DNA of 64,000 nucleotides from an uncultured Anaerolineaceae bacterium (GTDB lineage Bacteria > Chloroflexota > Dehalococcoidia > Tepidiformales > Tepidiformaceae). The stretch lies in assembly GCA_964438865.1 (NCBI GenBank), contig CAYTMI010000015.1, positions 1 through 64,000 on the forward strand, given 5' to 3'. The notes under the pieces were generated by a model. It saw only the letters and a program-made list of their open reading frames with translations, ran no database searches and was not told where the DNA came from. The position numbers were made by a program, and so were the translations under genes. Shown one piece after another: positions 20,360 to 28,968 of the stretch (its first letter is position 1; each line of letters starts with the position of its first letter).

Positions 20360-22222
20360 TTGGCAGAAGTAGAAAAGGGTTTCAACGGCAAGATGCTCAA
20401 CGTCAACCTGACGACGGGTGCAATCACCGTTGAACGGCCGGACGAATCCCTCTACCGGCAGTATCTCGGCGGCTACGGCATCGGCGCCCGCATGCTCTGG
20501 GACCGTGTCCCGAAGGGTGCGGACGCGCTGGGCCCCGACAATATGCTCGGGATGTTCCCGGGCCTTCTCACCGGCACGCCGCTCTTTGGGCAGCGCTGGC
20601 AGGTGGTATGCAAGAGCCCACTCACGGGCGGCTGGGGCGACGCCAACTGCGGCGGCGACTTCGGCGGCGTCCTCAAGCTTGCGGGCTGGGACGGCATCAT
20701 GTTCTTCGGCAAGGCTTCGTCGCCGAAGTATCTCCTCATCGACAACGACAAGGTGGAACTTCGCGACGGGGCCGACCTCTGGGGCACCGGCGCGATCGAA
20801 AACGAAACGGTGCTCAAGGCTCGCCACGGCAAGCGCGCCAGTGTCGCGAACATCGGCCAGGCCGGCGAAACGCAGTCGCTGATCAGCGGCGTCTGCAACG
20901 ACCACGGCCGCCTTGCTGCCCGTTCGGGCGTCGGCGCCGTCATGGGCGCGAAGAACCTCAAGGCTGTCGTCGCCCTGGCGGACCGCAAGATCATCAGCCA
21001 GACTCCGGCAATCTCGAAGATGGTGCGGACGAACCTCGACGAGTTCGTGAAGCCCCTGCGCGACTTCTTCCACACCTTCGGCACCACCGGCATTACCGCC
21101 ATGAGCGCGCTCAATGGCGACTCCCCGGTGAAGAACTGGGGCGGCGTCGGCGTGGTCGACTTCCCGAACGCGGCCAAGATCGACGGTGGTTCGACCATCA
21201 ACCCGCTGATGGAGAAGTCATACGGTTGCTGGCACTGTCCGATGGCCTGCGGCGCTGAGTCGGTCGAGTCCAAGAACGAGAAGTACCCATACCCGCGCCA
21301 CACGCACCGGCCCGAGTACGAGGCGATGGGCGCCTTCGGGACGATGAACCTGGTCGCGAACCCCGACGCGCTGATCTACGCGAACCACCTCTGCAACGAG
21401 TACGGCTTCGACGTCATCTCGGCCGGTGGGTCGATCTCGATGGCGATCGAGTGCTACCAGGCCGGGATCATCACCAAGGAAGACACCGACGGCCTCGAAC
21501 TCAACTGGGGCGGCGACGAGGCTGTCATCGAACTCCTCAAGATGATGGGCGAACGCCGGGGCATCGGCGAAACCTTCGCGGACGGCGTCGTCAAGGCCGC
21601 CGAACGGCTGGGCCATGGCGCGGACGCCTTCGCGATGCACATTGGCGGGCAGGAACTGCCGATGCACGACCCGAAGCTCCAGCCGGAATACCACACCACC
21701 TACAAGCTCGACCCCACGCCGGGCCGGCACACCCAGTACGAAGGCAACAAGCGCCTCGGCAAGATTCCCCCGGCGCCCACGGACAAGACCGTCTACACCG
21801 GCCGCGGCGAGCACCACAAGGGCGCCAGCGAGTACATGCACGTCGTCAACAGCGGCGGCATGTGCCAGTTCGTGATGATGGCGGCGAACACCGCCAACAT
21901 GCCGAGCTGGTTCAACGCCGTCACCGGCTGGGACATGGATGTGGACGAGATGCTCAAGGTGGGCGAGCGGATCGCGAACATGCGCATGGCCTTCGAAGTG
22001 CGCGAGGGTGGCAACCCCCGCAAGCGCCACGTGCCGACCCGCGTGACCGGCGAGACCACCGAAGCGACCCACGCCGGGCCGCTCCAGGGGATCAAGCTGG
22101 ATACGGAGACGCTTGAGAAGGAGTTCCTTGCGGCCTGCGATTGGGACACCGCCACCTGCGTCCCGTCAAAGGCGAAACTGGAGTCGCTGGGCCTGAAGGA
22201 AGTGGCAGCGGCGCTGCACTGA
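20360..22222 (+). CDS. Tungsten-containing aldehyde:ferredoxin oxidoreductase (AOR family)
   Basis: About 620 aa. Putative TTG start at 20360 (GGAG 9 nt upstream); alternative ATG at 20393. AOR N-terminal domain (GKMLNVNLTTG..., GGYGIGARMLWD) and C-terminal catalytic domains with the CWHCPMAC 4Fe-4S ligand motif. Confidence 0.85.
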   Translation: MAEVEKGFNGKMLNVNLTTGAITVERPDESLYRQYLGGYGIGARMLWDRVPKGADALGPDNMLGMFPGLLTGTPLFGQRWQVVCKSPLTGGWGDANCGGDFGGVLKLAGWDGIMFFGKASSPKYLLIDNDKVELRDGADLWGTGAIENETVLKARHGKRASVANIGQAGETQSLISGVCNDHGRLAARSGVGAVMGAKNLKAVVALADRKIISQTPAISKMVRTNLDEFVKPLRDFFHTFGTTGITAMSALNGDSPVKNWGGVGVVDFPNAAKIDGGSTINPLMEKSYGCWHCPMACGAESVESKNEKYPYPRHTHRPEYEAMGAFGTMNLVANPDALIYANHLCNEYGFDVISAGGSISMAIECYQAGIITKEDTDGLELNWGGDEAVIELLKMMGERRGIGETFADGVVKAAERLGHGADAFAMHIGGQELPMHDPKLQPEYHTTYKLDPTPGRHTQYEGNKRLGKIPPAPTDKTVYTGRGEHHKGASEYMHVVNSGGMCQFVMMAANTANMPSWFNAVTGWDMDVDEMLKVGERIANMRMAFEVREGGNPRKRHVPTRVTGETTEATHAGPLQGIKLDTETLEKEFLAACDWDTATCVPSKAKLESLGLKEVAAALH

Positions 22223-22250
22223 CCGTTGCTGCCGGCAACCCTGCAACCCG

Positions 22251-22283
22251 GGGGCGGCCATTGTGCCGCCCCTTTGTTGTTCT
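22251..22283 (+). terminator. Rho-independent terminator after the AOR gene
   Basis: GGGGCGGC-cattgt-GCCGCCCC stem-loop followed by TTTGTTGTTCT, 28 bp after the stop. Confidence 0.75.
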
Positions 22284-22477
22284 CCGGCGGGAGCCTGTAG
22301 GAGCCCTGGTTCTCGCAGCTGCAACGCGAAGTATAGGGGCGGCACCCTGAAGCATATTTACGAGCTATCGCAGGTTTGCTAGAGTCTTCTGGATCGGTCG
22401 CCGGGCGCAACGTTGACAAGGGCGCCCACCGGGCCTAGTTGGCGGCAGAGCTGCCGCAGAAAGCAAAACTCCCTCCC

Positions 22478-24502
22478 ATGATTCCTGTCCTCGTCGTCGC
22501 TGGCGTCGCGCTCTTCGTGTTCGCCATTTTCGTCATGGCCGGCGATATGCTGGTCAACATCGGCGGCCAGCAGGTCGGCATCCTCGAACGCCGCTACTTC
22601 GGCCACGGACTGCCCGAAGGGCGGGTTGTCGCCATGAAGGGCGAAGTGGGCATCCAGGCCCGCGTGTTCCCACCTGGCCTGCACGTCCTCCCCCCGTTCC
22701 TCTACAAAGTGCGCAAGCAGCCCATGATCGTGGTCGCCCAGGACGAGGTTGGCGTCGTCGAGTCTATCGACGGGCGCGCCCTCGATCCCGGCCGTATCTT
22801 TGCCCGCCGCGTGATCGGCCACGACACCTTCCAGGACGGCGAAAAGTTCCTGACGAATGGGGGCCAGAAGGGCACGCAGATTGACGTCCTCCCGCCCGGC
22901 CAGTTCCGGATCAACTCCTATCTCTTCCGGATCCGCGTCGAAAAGGCGCTGATCGTGCCGTCCGGCGCTGTGGGGCTCGTGACCGCCCGCGATGGACAGC
23001 CTATCCAGCCCGGCCGCCTCCTGGCGAGGCACGTGGAGGGCCACACCGCGTTCCAGGACGGGGAGGCTTTCCTGATCAGCGCTGGCCAACGGGGGCCGCA
23101 AATCGAACTCCTCCTCCCGGGCCGCTACCGCCTCAACACCGACATGTTCAATGTCGAGGTGCAGGGCGCGACCGTCGTGCAGGCCAACCAGATTGGGCTC
23201 GTGACCGCCAAGGACGGGGCGCCCCTGCCGGGAGGCGAGCTCGTCGCGGTCAACGTCGAAGGCCACAACGACTACCAGGACGCGTCGGCGTTTCTTGCCG
23301 CTGGTGGACAGCGCGGGCCGCAGTACGACCTCCTGAAGCCCGGCACCTATTACATCAACCCGCTCATGTTCGACATCAAGCTCGACCAGGTTCAGGTGGT
23401 ACAGCGCGGCGAGGTGGCCGTCCTCGTCTCGAACGTCGGCAAGGAGCCCCAGGCCCCAACCAGCGAGGACCGCCTGATCGCCGCGCAGGAACGCTACGTG
23501 GTTCCCACGGGGTTCCGAGGCATCCAGGCCGACGTCGCCGGGCCGGGCGTCTACTACCTCAACCGCTGGGCCTACATCGCCTACATCATCCCCACAACGA
23601 ACCTGACCGTGGACTGGGCCGAAGAGACCGTAGTCTCCGATTCTGGGACCACGCCCGGGGAGCACGTCGTCCAGCTCTTCAACCCGCTCTCCGTCATCAG
23701 CCGCGACGGCTTCGAAATGAAGATCAGCGTCAAGGTTATCATGCGCGTTCGGCCCGACCAGGCGCCGCTGATGGTGGCGAAGATCGGTTCCGTCCAGAAC
23801 CTGATCGACCACGTCATCCACCCCATGATCGACTCGTCGTTCCGTAACCAGGCCTCTTCGACCGAGGCCATGGCGTTTATGCAGGACCGCGCGATCGAGC
23901 AGGAGAAGGCCGAGGAACGGGCCCGCGAGGAACTGGAGAAGTACCACGTCGAATGCGTGCGGGTGCTGATCTCGCAGATCATCCTGCCGAAGGAACTGAT
24001 GGACATCCAGACGCGGAGGGTGATCGCGGCCCAGCAGCAGGCGATGTTCGTCGAGCAGCAAAAGGCCGAGCGCGAACGTATCGGTACCGAGAACACCCGC
24101 GCCCAGGCCGATCAGCAGATCAACCTCGTTATCGCCCAGATCGGCGTCCAGGTGGCGGAGCAGACCAAGCAGAAGACGATCATCGAAGCCGAGGGGCGGG
24201 CTCGCGCCGTGGAACTCGAAGGCAACGCGGAGGGTACGAGGATTCGGGCCGTCGGCGAAGCCACCGCGGAGGCCTACGACAAGCAGCAGGAAGCCGTGGG
24301 CCAGCAGAACCTCTTCGGCATTGAGGTGGCGAAGGCGATCTCGGCGGCCGGGCTGAAGATCACGCCCGACATCGTCGTCAGCGGGGGAGCCGAGGGTGGC
24401 GGAGGTATCTTCGGTGCGTTCCTCGCGCAGATGCTGGCCGGGAATCGCGCTGCCAGCGCGCCGCAACTCCCGCCCCGAGACACCCCTCCCCCCGGAGCCT
24501 GA
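22478..24502 (+). CDS. Flotillin-like SPFH/Band-7 protein (YqiK/FloT-like) with tandem N-terminal repeats
   Basis: 674 aa from the ATG at 22478. N-terminal TM helix (IPVLVVAGVALFVFAIFVMAG), then about 3.5 tandem repeats of roughly 74 aa (VG.V...DG.P..PGR...R.V.GH..FQDG.AFL..GGQRGPQ..LL.PG.Y.IN..F.I). An SPFH core follows, and a C-terminal flotillin-type EA-rich coiled coil (AEGRARAVELEGNAEGTRIRAVGEATAEAY). Confidence 0.75.
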   Translation: MIPVLVVAGVALFVFAIFVMAGDMLVNIGGQQVGILERRYFGHGLPEGRVVAMKGEVGIQARVFPPGLHVLPPFLYKVRKQPMIVVAQDEVGVVESIDGRALDPGRIFARRVIGHDTFQDGEKFLTNGGQKGTQIDVLPPGQFRINSYLFRIRVEKALIVPSGAVGLVTARDGQPIQPGRLLARHVEGHTAFQDGEAFLISAGQRGPQIELLLPGRYRLNTDMFNVEVQGATVVQANQIGLVTAKDGAPLPGGELVAVNVEGHNDYQDASAFLAAGGQRGPQYDLLKPGTYYINPLMFDIKLDQVQVVQRGEVAVLVSNVGKEPQAPTSEDRLIAAQERYVVPTGFRGIQADVAGPGVYYLNRWAYIAYIIPTTNLTVDWAEETVVSDSGTTPGEHVVQLFNPLSVISRDGFEMKISVKVIMRVRPDQAPLMVAKIGSVQNLIDHVIHPMIDSSFRNQASSTEAMAFMQDRAIEQEKAEERAREELEKYHVECVRVLISQIILPKELMDIQTRRVIAAQQQAMFVEQQKAERERIGTENTRAQADQQINLVIAQIGVQVAEQTKQKTIIEAEGRARAVELEGNAEGTRIRAVGEATAEAYDKQQEAVGQQNLFGIEVAKAISAAGLKITPDIVVSGGAEGGGGIFGAFLAQMLAGNRAASAPQLPPRDTPPPGA

Positions 24503-24529
24503 TGTTCGCGGCCCGTCGACCCGATTCCG

Positions 24530-24555
24530 TGGCCCGGCTACTCAGCCGGGCCACG
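24530..24555. terminator. GC-rich hairpin between convergent genes (bidirectional terminator candidate)
   Basis: GTGGCCCGGCT-actc-AGCCGGGCCAC perfect 11-bp stem, lying between the flotillin stop (24502) and the minus-strand gene stop (24562). Confidence 0.55.
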
Positions 24556-24561
24556 GCCGTG

Positions 24562-25002
24562 TCAGGGGAGAATGCGGAAGACGGGGTGCTCCGGCGCCAC
24601 CCGGGCGAGGTCGGCGTCGGAGGGGTCCTTCGGGACGCCGAAGAACTTGCCCGTCTCGGCGCGCCACTTCGCCAGGTAGCCGCGGAGGATCGCGGGCTTT
24701 TCGGCGTCAGCGACTTCGGCCACGCGGACCGGCTCGGTCTTGCGGCCACGGCGGAGTTCCCCGCCACCGGAGGCGCGAAGGTTTCGCACCCAGTGCGTGT
24801 CGCCGCGGGGAGCTACGAGGTAGCGCTGGCCGTCCAGTGCGAGCGGATTCACGGGCGTGACTCGCCAGCCGCCTGTCGTGCGGCCGCGGACCGCGAGCAT
24901 GGCGGAACCGCGGAGGCTGATCCCGAGGCGGCCGGTGAAGAAGCCCATCATCGGGTTGAAGATGTGGAGGGTCATGAAGTCGGGTTTCGTGTAGTGGGGC
25001 AT
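24562..25002 (-). CDS. Deazaflavin (F420)-dependent nitroreductase-family protein (DUF385 / split-barrel)
   Basis: 146 aa from the ATG at 25002 (MPHYTKPDFMTLHIFNPMMGFFTGRLG...GR.TGGWRVTPVNP....YLVAP.G..HWVRNLRA.G), the characteristic DUF385 F420H2-dependent reductase pattern. Confidence 0.75.
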   Translation of the reverse strand: MPHYTKPDFMTLHIFNPMMGFFTGRLGISLRGSAMLAVRGRTTGGWRVTPVNPLALDGQRYLVAPRGDTHWVRNLRASGGGELRRGRKTEPVRVAEVADAEKPAILRGYLAKWRAETGKFFGVPKDPSDADLARVAPEHPVFRILP

Positions 25003-25097
25003 GGCAGAGGCTCCGTGGGCGACGATCGTCGCCTGAATGGATTGGACTAACATCGTTAGGTTTACCACGGTCGTTGTCAAGACGTACAGTGTTAGGT

Positions 25098-25676
25098 ATG
25101 CCACACAGCCCCCGGATCTCATTGGACGCGATCGTCGCAGCCGCAAGGGAGCTACTCGAAGCCCGCGGCGTTGAGGGCGTGACCATGCGCGAGGTCGCCC
25201 GCCGCCTTGGCGTCAGCGCACCTTCGCTCTATTTCCACGTGGAGAGCCGCGACGATCTGCTCCGGGTGATCATTACGGCCGGGCTCCGAGACCTCGCCGC
25301 CGGGCAGGTGGCGGCCGCGGCCGGGAAGTCGCCCCGCGCCGCCCTCCACGCCCTCGCCGACGCCTACCTTGCCTTTGCGGCCGGAAGCCCCGCGCTCTAT
25401 TCGCTGATCATGGGCCCCTGCCCGGAAGAGCGCATGGCCGACGGGGAACTCGCGGTGGCCGCTTCGGAGCCGCTGATGTCCACGGTCGCGAAGCTCGTGC
25501 CGCCCGCCCGTGTGCTCGCCATATCGCAGGTCTTCTGGGCGCTGGTGCACGGGTTCACGTCTCTCATCATCGCCGAGCAGTTCCGGCTGGGTGGAGACCC
25601 CCCGGCGGCGATGAACGAGGCGGTGGACCTGGTGCTGGCCGGGCTAGGAGTTGTGGAAGTCCCGCCGCCGCGCTAA
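25098..25676 (+). CDS. TetR/AcrR family transcriptional regulator
   Basis: About 192 aa. N-terminal HTH (ISLDAIVAAARELLEARGVEGVTMREVARRLGVSAPSLYFHV); divergent from the F420 reductase gene. An upstream in-frame TTG at 25074 is also possible. Confidence 0.8.
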   Translation: MPHSPRISLDAIVAAARELLEARGVEGVTMREVARRLGVSAPSLYFHVESRDDLLRVIITAGLRDLAAGQVAAAAGKSPRAALHALADAYLAFAAGSPALYSLIMGPCPEERMADGELAVAASEPLMSTVAKLVPPARVLAISQVFWALVHGFTSLIIAEQFRLGGDPPAAMNEAVDLVLAGLGVVEVPPPR

Positions 25677-25687
25677 CGTCCGCAACG

Positions 25688-26497
25688 ATGTGCTTCGCGA
25701 CTGTCAACGGCATTCAGATCTACTACGAAGTCCTCGGGCAGGGTGAGCCGCTCCTCCTGATCGACGGGCAGGGCGGCGACCACCATGGCTGGGACCTGGT
25801 GCGCGAGGGATTCGCCGCGCGGCACCGGGTGGTCGTTTGGGACCACCGCGGCACGGGGCAGAGCGACAAACCTCGCGAGCCCGCCTACAGCATCGAGGGA
25901 TTCGCCGCCGACGCCGTGGGGTTGCTGGACCACCTCGGTATTGAGCGCGCGCACGCCTGCGGGATCTCGATGGGCGGCCGCATCTGCCAACGCCTGGGAA
26001 TTGACCACGCCCCGCGGCTGGGGGCGCTGGTGCTGGGATGCACGACTCCCGGCAACGCCCACGGGGTTCGGCGGCCGGCGGAAGTCGACGCCCGGATGGC
26101 GAACCGGCCCGCGGACCCCGAAGAGGCGGCCCGGTTCCTCCTCGACCAAATGGTGACGCCCATGTTCCTGGCCAACCACCCTGAGTACGTGGCAGCGGCG
26201 CTGGAGCGGGCGCGGAACCCGATTCCGCCCTACGCCCAGAGGATGCATTACCTTGCCAGCGAAGGCCACGACGCATGGGACGGGCTGCCCACCATCACCG
26301 CGCCCGTGCTGGTCATCCACGGCGGCGACGACGCGGTCAACCCCACGGCGAACGCGGCGCTGCTCGCGGGGCGAATCCCCGGGGCGGAACTTCGGATCAT
26401 CGAGGGCGGCCGCCACGGCTACTTCGTGGAATTCGCGGACGAAGCCACGCCGGTGGTACTCGACTTCCTCGCGCGGCATCCCATTGCCCGCGCCTGA
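25688..26497 (+). CDS. Alpha/beta-fold hydrolase
   Basis: 269 aa; HRGTGQSD, nucleophile elbow GISMGG, and a C-terminal His in IHGGDD..; typical alpha/beta hydrolase layout. Confidence 0.8.
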   Translation: MCFATVNGIQIYYEVLGQGEPLLLIDGQGGDHHGWDLVREGFAARHRVVVWDHRGTGQSDKPREPAYSIEGFAADAVGLLDHLGIERAHACGISMGGRICQRLGIDHAPRLGALVLGCTTPGNAHGVRRPAEVDARMANRPADPEEAARFLLDQMVTPMFLANHPEYVAAALERARNPIPPYAQRMHYLASEGHDAWDGLPTITAPVLVIHGGDDAVNPTANAALLAGRIPGAELRIIEGGRHGYFVEFADEATPVVLDFLARHPIARA

Positions 26498-26996
26498 AAT
26501 CCCGGGCCACCTGGCGATCCGGCCGGCGTCCGCCGCGGATGCGGGCGCGCTGGCCCGCCTGCGCTGGGAGTTCCGGGCGGCGCTCAACGAAGCGACAGAG
26601 GACGAAGCCGGGTTCATCGACCGCTGCGGGGAGTGGATGGCCGCCCGGCTCGGGCCGGCGAGCGACTGGAGGTGCTGGGTCGTGGAGACGGCGGCCAGGG
26701 AGATCGCCGGGAACCTCTGGCTCCAGATGATCGAAAAGGTGCCCAACCCGGCGCCCGAACTGGAACACCACGGCTACATCACCAACGTGTACGTGGCAAC
26801 TGAGCTTCGCGGGAGTGGCGCCGGCGAACTGCTGCTCGAAACCGCCCTCGCGTGGTGCCGGGAACGCGGTGTCGACTCTGTGGTGCTCTGGCCGACCGCC
26901 CGCAGCCGGACGCTCTACGCCCGCCACGGGTTCGCGGTGCGCGATAACATCATGGAGGCCATCCTCGACCCCGGGCGCGACATCTCCGGCCACTGA
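26484..26996 (+). CDS. GNAT family N-acetyltransferase (start uncertain, putative TTG)
   Basis: Translation of 26520..26996 (frame of six-frame ORF 26253) gives a GNAT fold with HHGYITNVYVATELRGSGAGELLLETALAWCRERG (acetyl-CoA binding Q/RxxGxG/A). The only in-frame start before the hydrolase stop is the TTG at 26484. Confidence 0.6.
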   Translation: MPAPEIPGHLAIRPASAADAGALARLRWEFRAALNEATEDEAGFIDRCGEWMAARLGPASDWRCWVVETAAREIAGNLWLQMIEKVPNPAPELEHHGYITNVYVATELRGSGAGELLLETALAWCRERGVDSVVLWPTARSRTLYARHGFAVRDNIMEAILDPGRDISGH

Positions 26997-27035
26997 GGCT
27001 TCCGCGATTCCCGCGGAGGCCCCTCCTGCTCTACA

Positions 27036-27695
27036 GTGCACCGCATGGCCAACGCCACCTATCCGCCGCCGATTCAGGGGCATGGGCTCGTGCTCCGGCC
27101 GTGGGACGATGACCTCGTGCGGCAGATGGCCGCCTGGGGCGAACGCGGCTTCCCCTACCAGTCCTTCGACCTCGGCTACCTGAAGGACCGGCAGCGGGCG
27201 CGGACGAAGCTCGGCTGGGCGCGCGAGGCTGGGTCCCACCGCCATTTCGTCGCCTGCGAGGGGCCGCGCGCGGTGGGCCGCCTTTCCGTGAACCTCCGGG
27301 ACCAGTCCGGCCTCTATTTGTGGGGAGTCCATGTCCCGCCCGAACACGAAGGCCGCGGCGTTTGCCGGAGGATGATGGCCGCGCTCATGGGATGGCTTGA
27401 AGGCGAGTACCCGGCTTCGGACTTCATCCTCACCTCGAACGCCTTCGCCGAGCATGCCCAGCACGCCTACCTCGCGCTTGGCTTCGAAGTGACTGAGACG
27501 CGGTGGCACCACGAATCTGACCTCGCCATGCAGCTCTGGAAGGCGGCGCCGGCCGAGAGGGAGCGGCTTTCCCCGTTCCTGCGGTTCGCGAACGGGCGCT
27601 GGGAAGTGCGGACCTACGTCATGCGGAGGAAGCGAGGCGCGCCGATGGACATCTCGCTACGGCGCCCCGAGGCAGTGCATTCCGCGATGCCGTGA
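27036..27695 (+). CDS. GNAT family N-acetyltransferase
   Basis: 219 aa; VHVPPEHEGRGVCRRMMAALMGWL acetyl-CoA binding motif. Confidence 0.7.
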   Translation: MHRMANATYPPPIQGHGLVLRPWDDDLVRQMAAWGERGFPYQSFDLGYLKDRQRARTKLGWAREAGSHRHFVACEGPRAVGRLSVNLRDQSGLYLWGVHVPPEHEGRGVCRRMMAALMGWLEGEYPASDFILTSNAFAEHAQHAYLALGFEVTETRWHHESDLAMQLWKAAPAERERLSPFLRFANGRWEVRTYVMRRKRGAPMDISLRRPEAVHSAMP

Positions 27696-27730
27696 CCCGG
27701 AGCGGGACAGCCAGCCCGCTCCGCCTGGCG

Positions 27731-28852
27731 CTACGCGCGCCCTTCCCGGAGGTCGTTTTCGAGCCAGGCGATGTCGTTCAGGGCCATGAGCCCGCCCGCG
27801 ACGAGCGAGTGGCCACCGAGGTACACGGGCAGGGGGGCGCGGGCGGCCGCTTCGGTTAGCCGCCTCAGCGCCGGGTCGTCGATTGCCTGAGCCTCGAGGA
27901 GGTCGCTCTGGAAGCGGTCTTCGCGCGAGGGTGTTATCCCGAGGTGGGCTTCGATGACGCGGGTGTCGAGGACGAGGGCGTCGCCAAGCCGGGCCATCCG
28001 TTCGAAGAACCGTTCGAAGCCGACCGCTTCGATGAGGAAGCCGAGGAGTGAGGCGGGGCGATGGTCGGCGGGGGCGGTGGCAAGGCCACGCTCTTCGCTG
28101 AACATCCTCACCCGGCAGGCGGTTTCCCGCTCGAGATAGTGCCAGCTCTGGCTGCCCACGCGGCCCGCGACGATGAGTTGCCCGTCGCGATCGCAGAGGA
28201 GCCGCAAGAGCGGACGGAAGCGCTCCGCAGCCGGGCGGGCTGGCGCCACCGCCTCCGCAAGTCCGGGGGCGAGGCCGGGGGTGAGCGCCAGTACGGCGAG
28301 GTCAGCCGGGGTGTCGAGGTCGAACTGGGTTGCGGTTGTTCGCGGAAGGATGACCGGTGCGAGGCCGGCTTCGTCGCGGAGCCGCCGCGGGAGGACGTTG
28401 TCGCGGTCGATTCGGCCAAGCCGTGCGAGAGCCTCGCCAGGAGTCCAGGCGGTGAGGTCGGCCGAGAAGAAGTTGTTGGTGATGAAGCGGCCGTCCCGGG
28501 CTTCGAGCTGCTCGGCGATCAGGCGGAAATCGTCAATCCCGGCGAGGGGCACGGACCCGGAACCCATGACCGCGGGCTTCAGCAGCCCGTACCGCTGGAT
28601 GATCCCGCGAAGGCGCGTGTCGTAGTCGAACGGCTCGCCGGGAGCGTCGAGGTCGAGAAGGACGCCGCTGGGGAGCGGTGCGAATGCCTCCCCGCTGTCG
28701 GTGGCGAGGATGACCGCTTCGAAGCCCCCGGCGAGCGCGGTGGCGGCGGTGGCCCTGGCGGCCGCGGCCCGGGCCCGGGCAACGAGGCTTTCGGCGGCGC
28801 CCGTGCCGGTGCCCCCGTGAAAGATGACGAGTACAGGACCTGCGAACGCCAT
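27731..28852 (-). CDS. Conserved hypothetical protein (Gly-rich N-terminal loop FHGGTGTGA); function unknown
   Basis: 373 aa from the ATG at 28852; long GC3-biased ORF. I could not assign a family by eye. Confidence 0.55.
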   Translation of the reverse strand: MAFAGPVLVIFHGGTGTGAAESLVARARAAAARATAATALAGGFEAVILATDSGEAFAPLPSGVLLDLDAPGEPFDYDTRLRGIIQRYGLLKPAVMGSGSVPLAGIDDFRLIAEQLEARDGRFITNNFFSADLTAWTPGEALARLGRIDRDNVLPRRLRDEAGLAPVILPRTTATQFDLDTPADLAVLALTPGLAPGLAEAVAPARPAAERFRPLLRLLCDRDGQLIVAGRVGSQSWHYLERETACRVRMFSEERGLATAPADHRPASLLGFLIEAVGFERFFERMARLGDALVLDTRVIEAHLGITPSREDRFQSDLLEAQAIDDPALRRLTEAAARAPLPVYLGGHSLVAGGLMALNDIAWLENDLREGRA

Positions 28853-28968
28853 GCTATCCAGCGTAAGGCGGCGGCGAGACTGCCGCACGAACCTGATCAG
28901 AGGAAGGTCTCTCTTTGCCTGTCCATCCTATCGGAAGGGACCGCCGCACGATCCGCGTTAGCCACTCG

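Noticed and set aside
22379-24466. 695-aa minus-strand ORF
   Set aside because: Antisense to the flotillin gene, which has a TM anchor, SPFH motifs and a coiled-coil tail; the antisense product has no motifs.
24502-25050. 182-aa plus-strand ORF
   Set aside because: Antisense to the DUF385 F420 reductase gene, which has a strong family signature.
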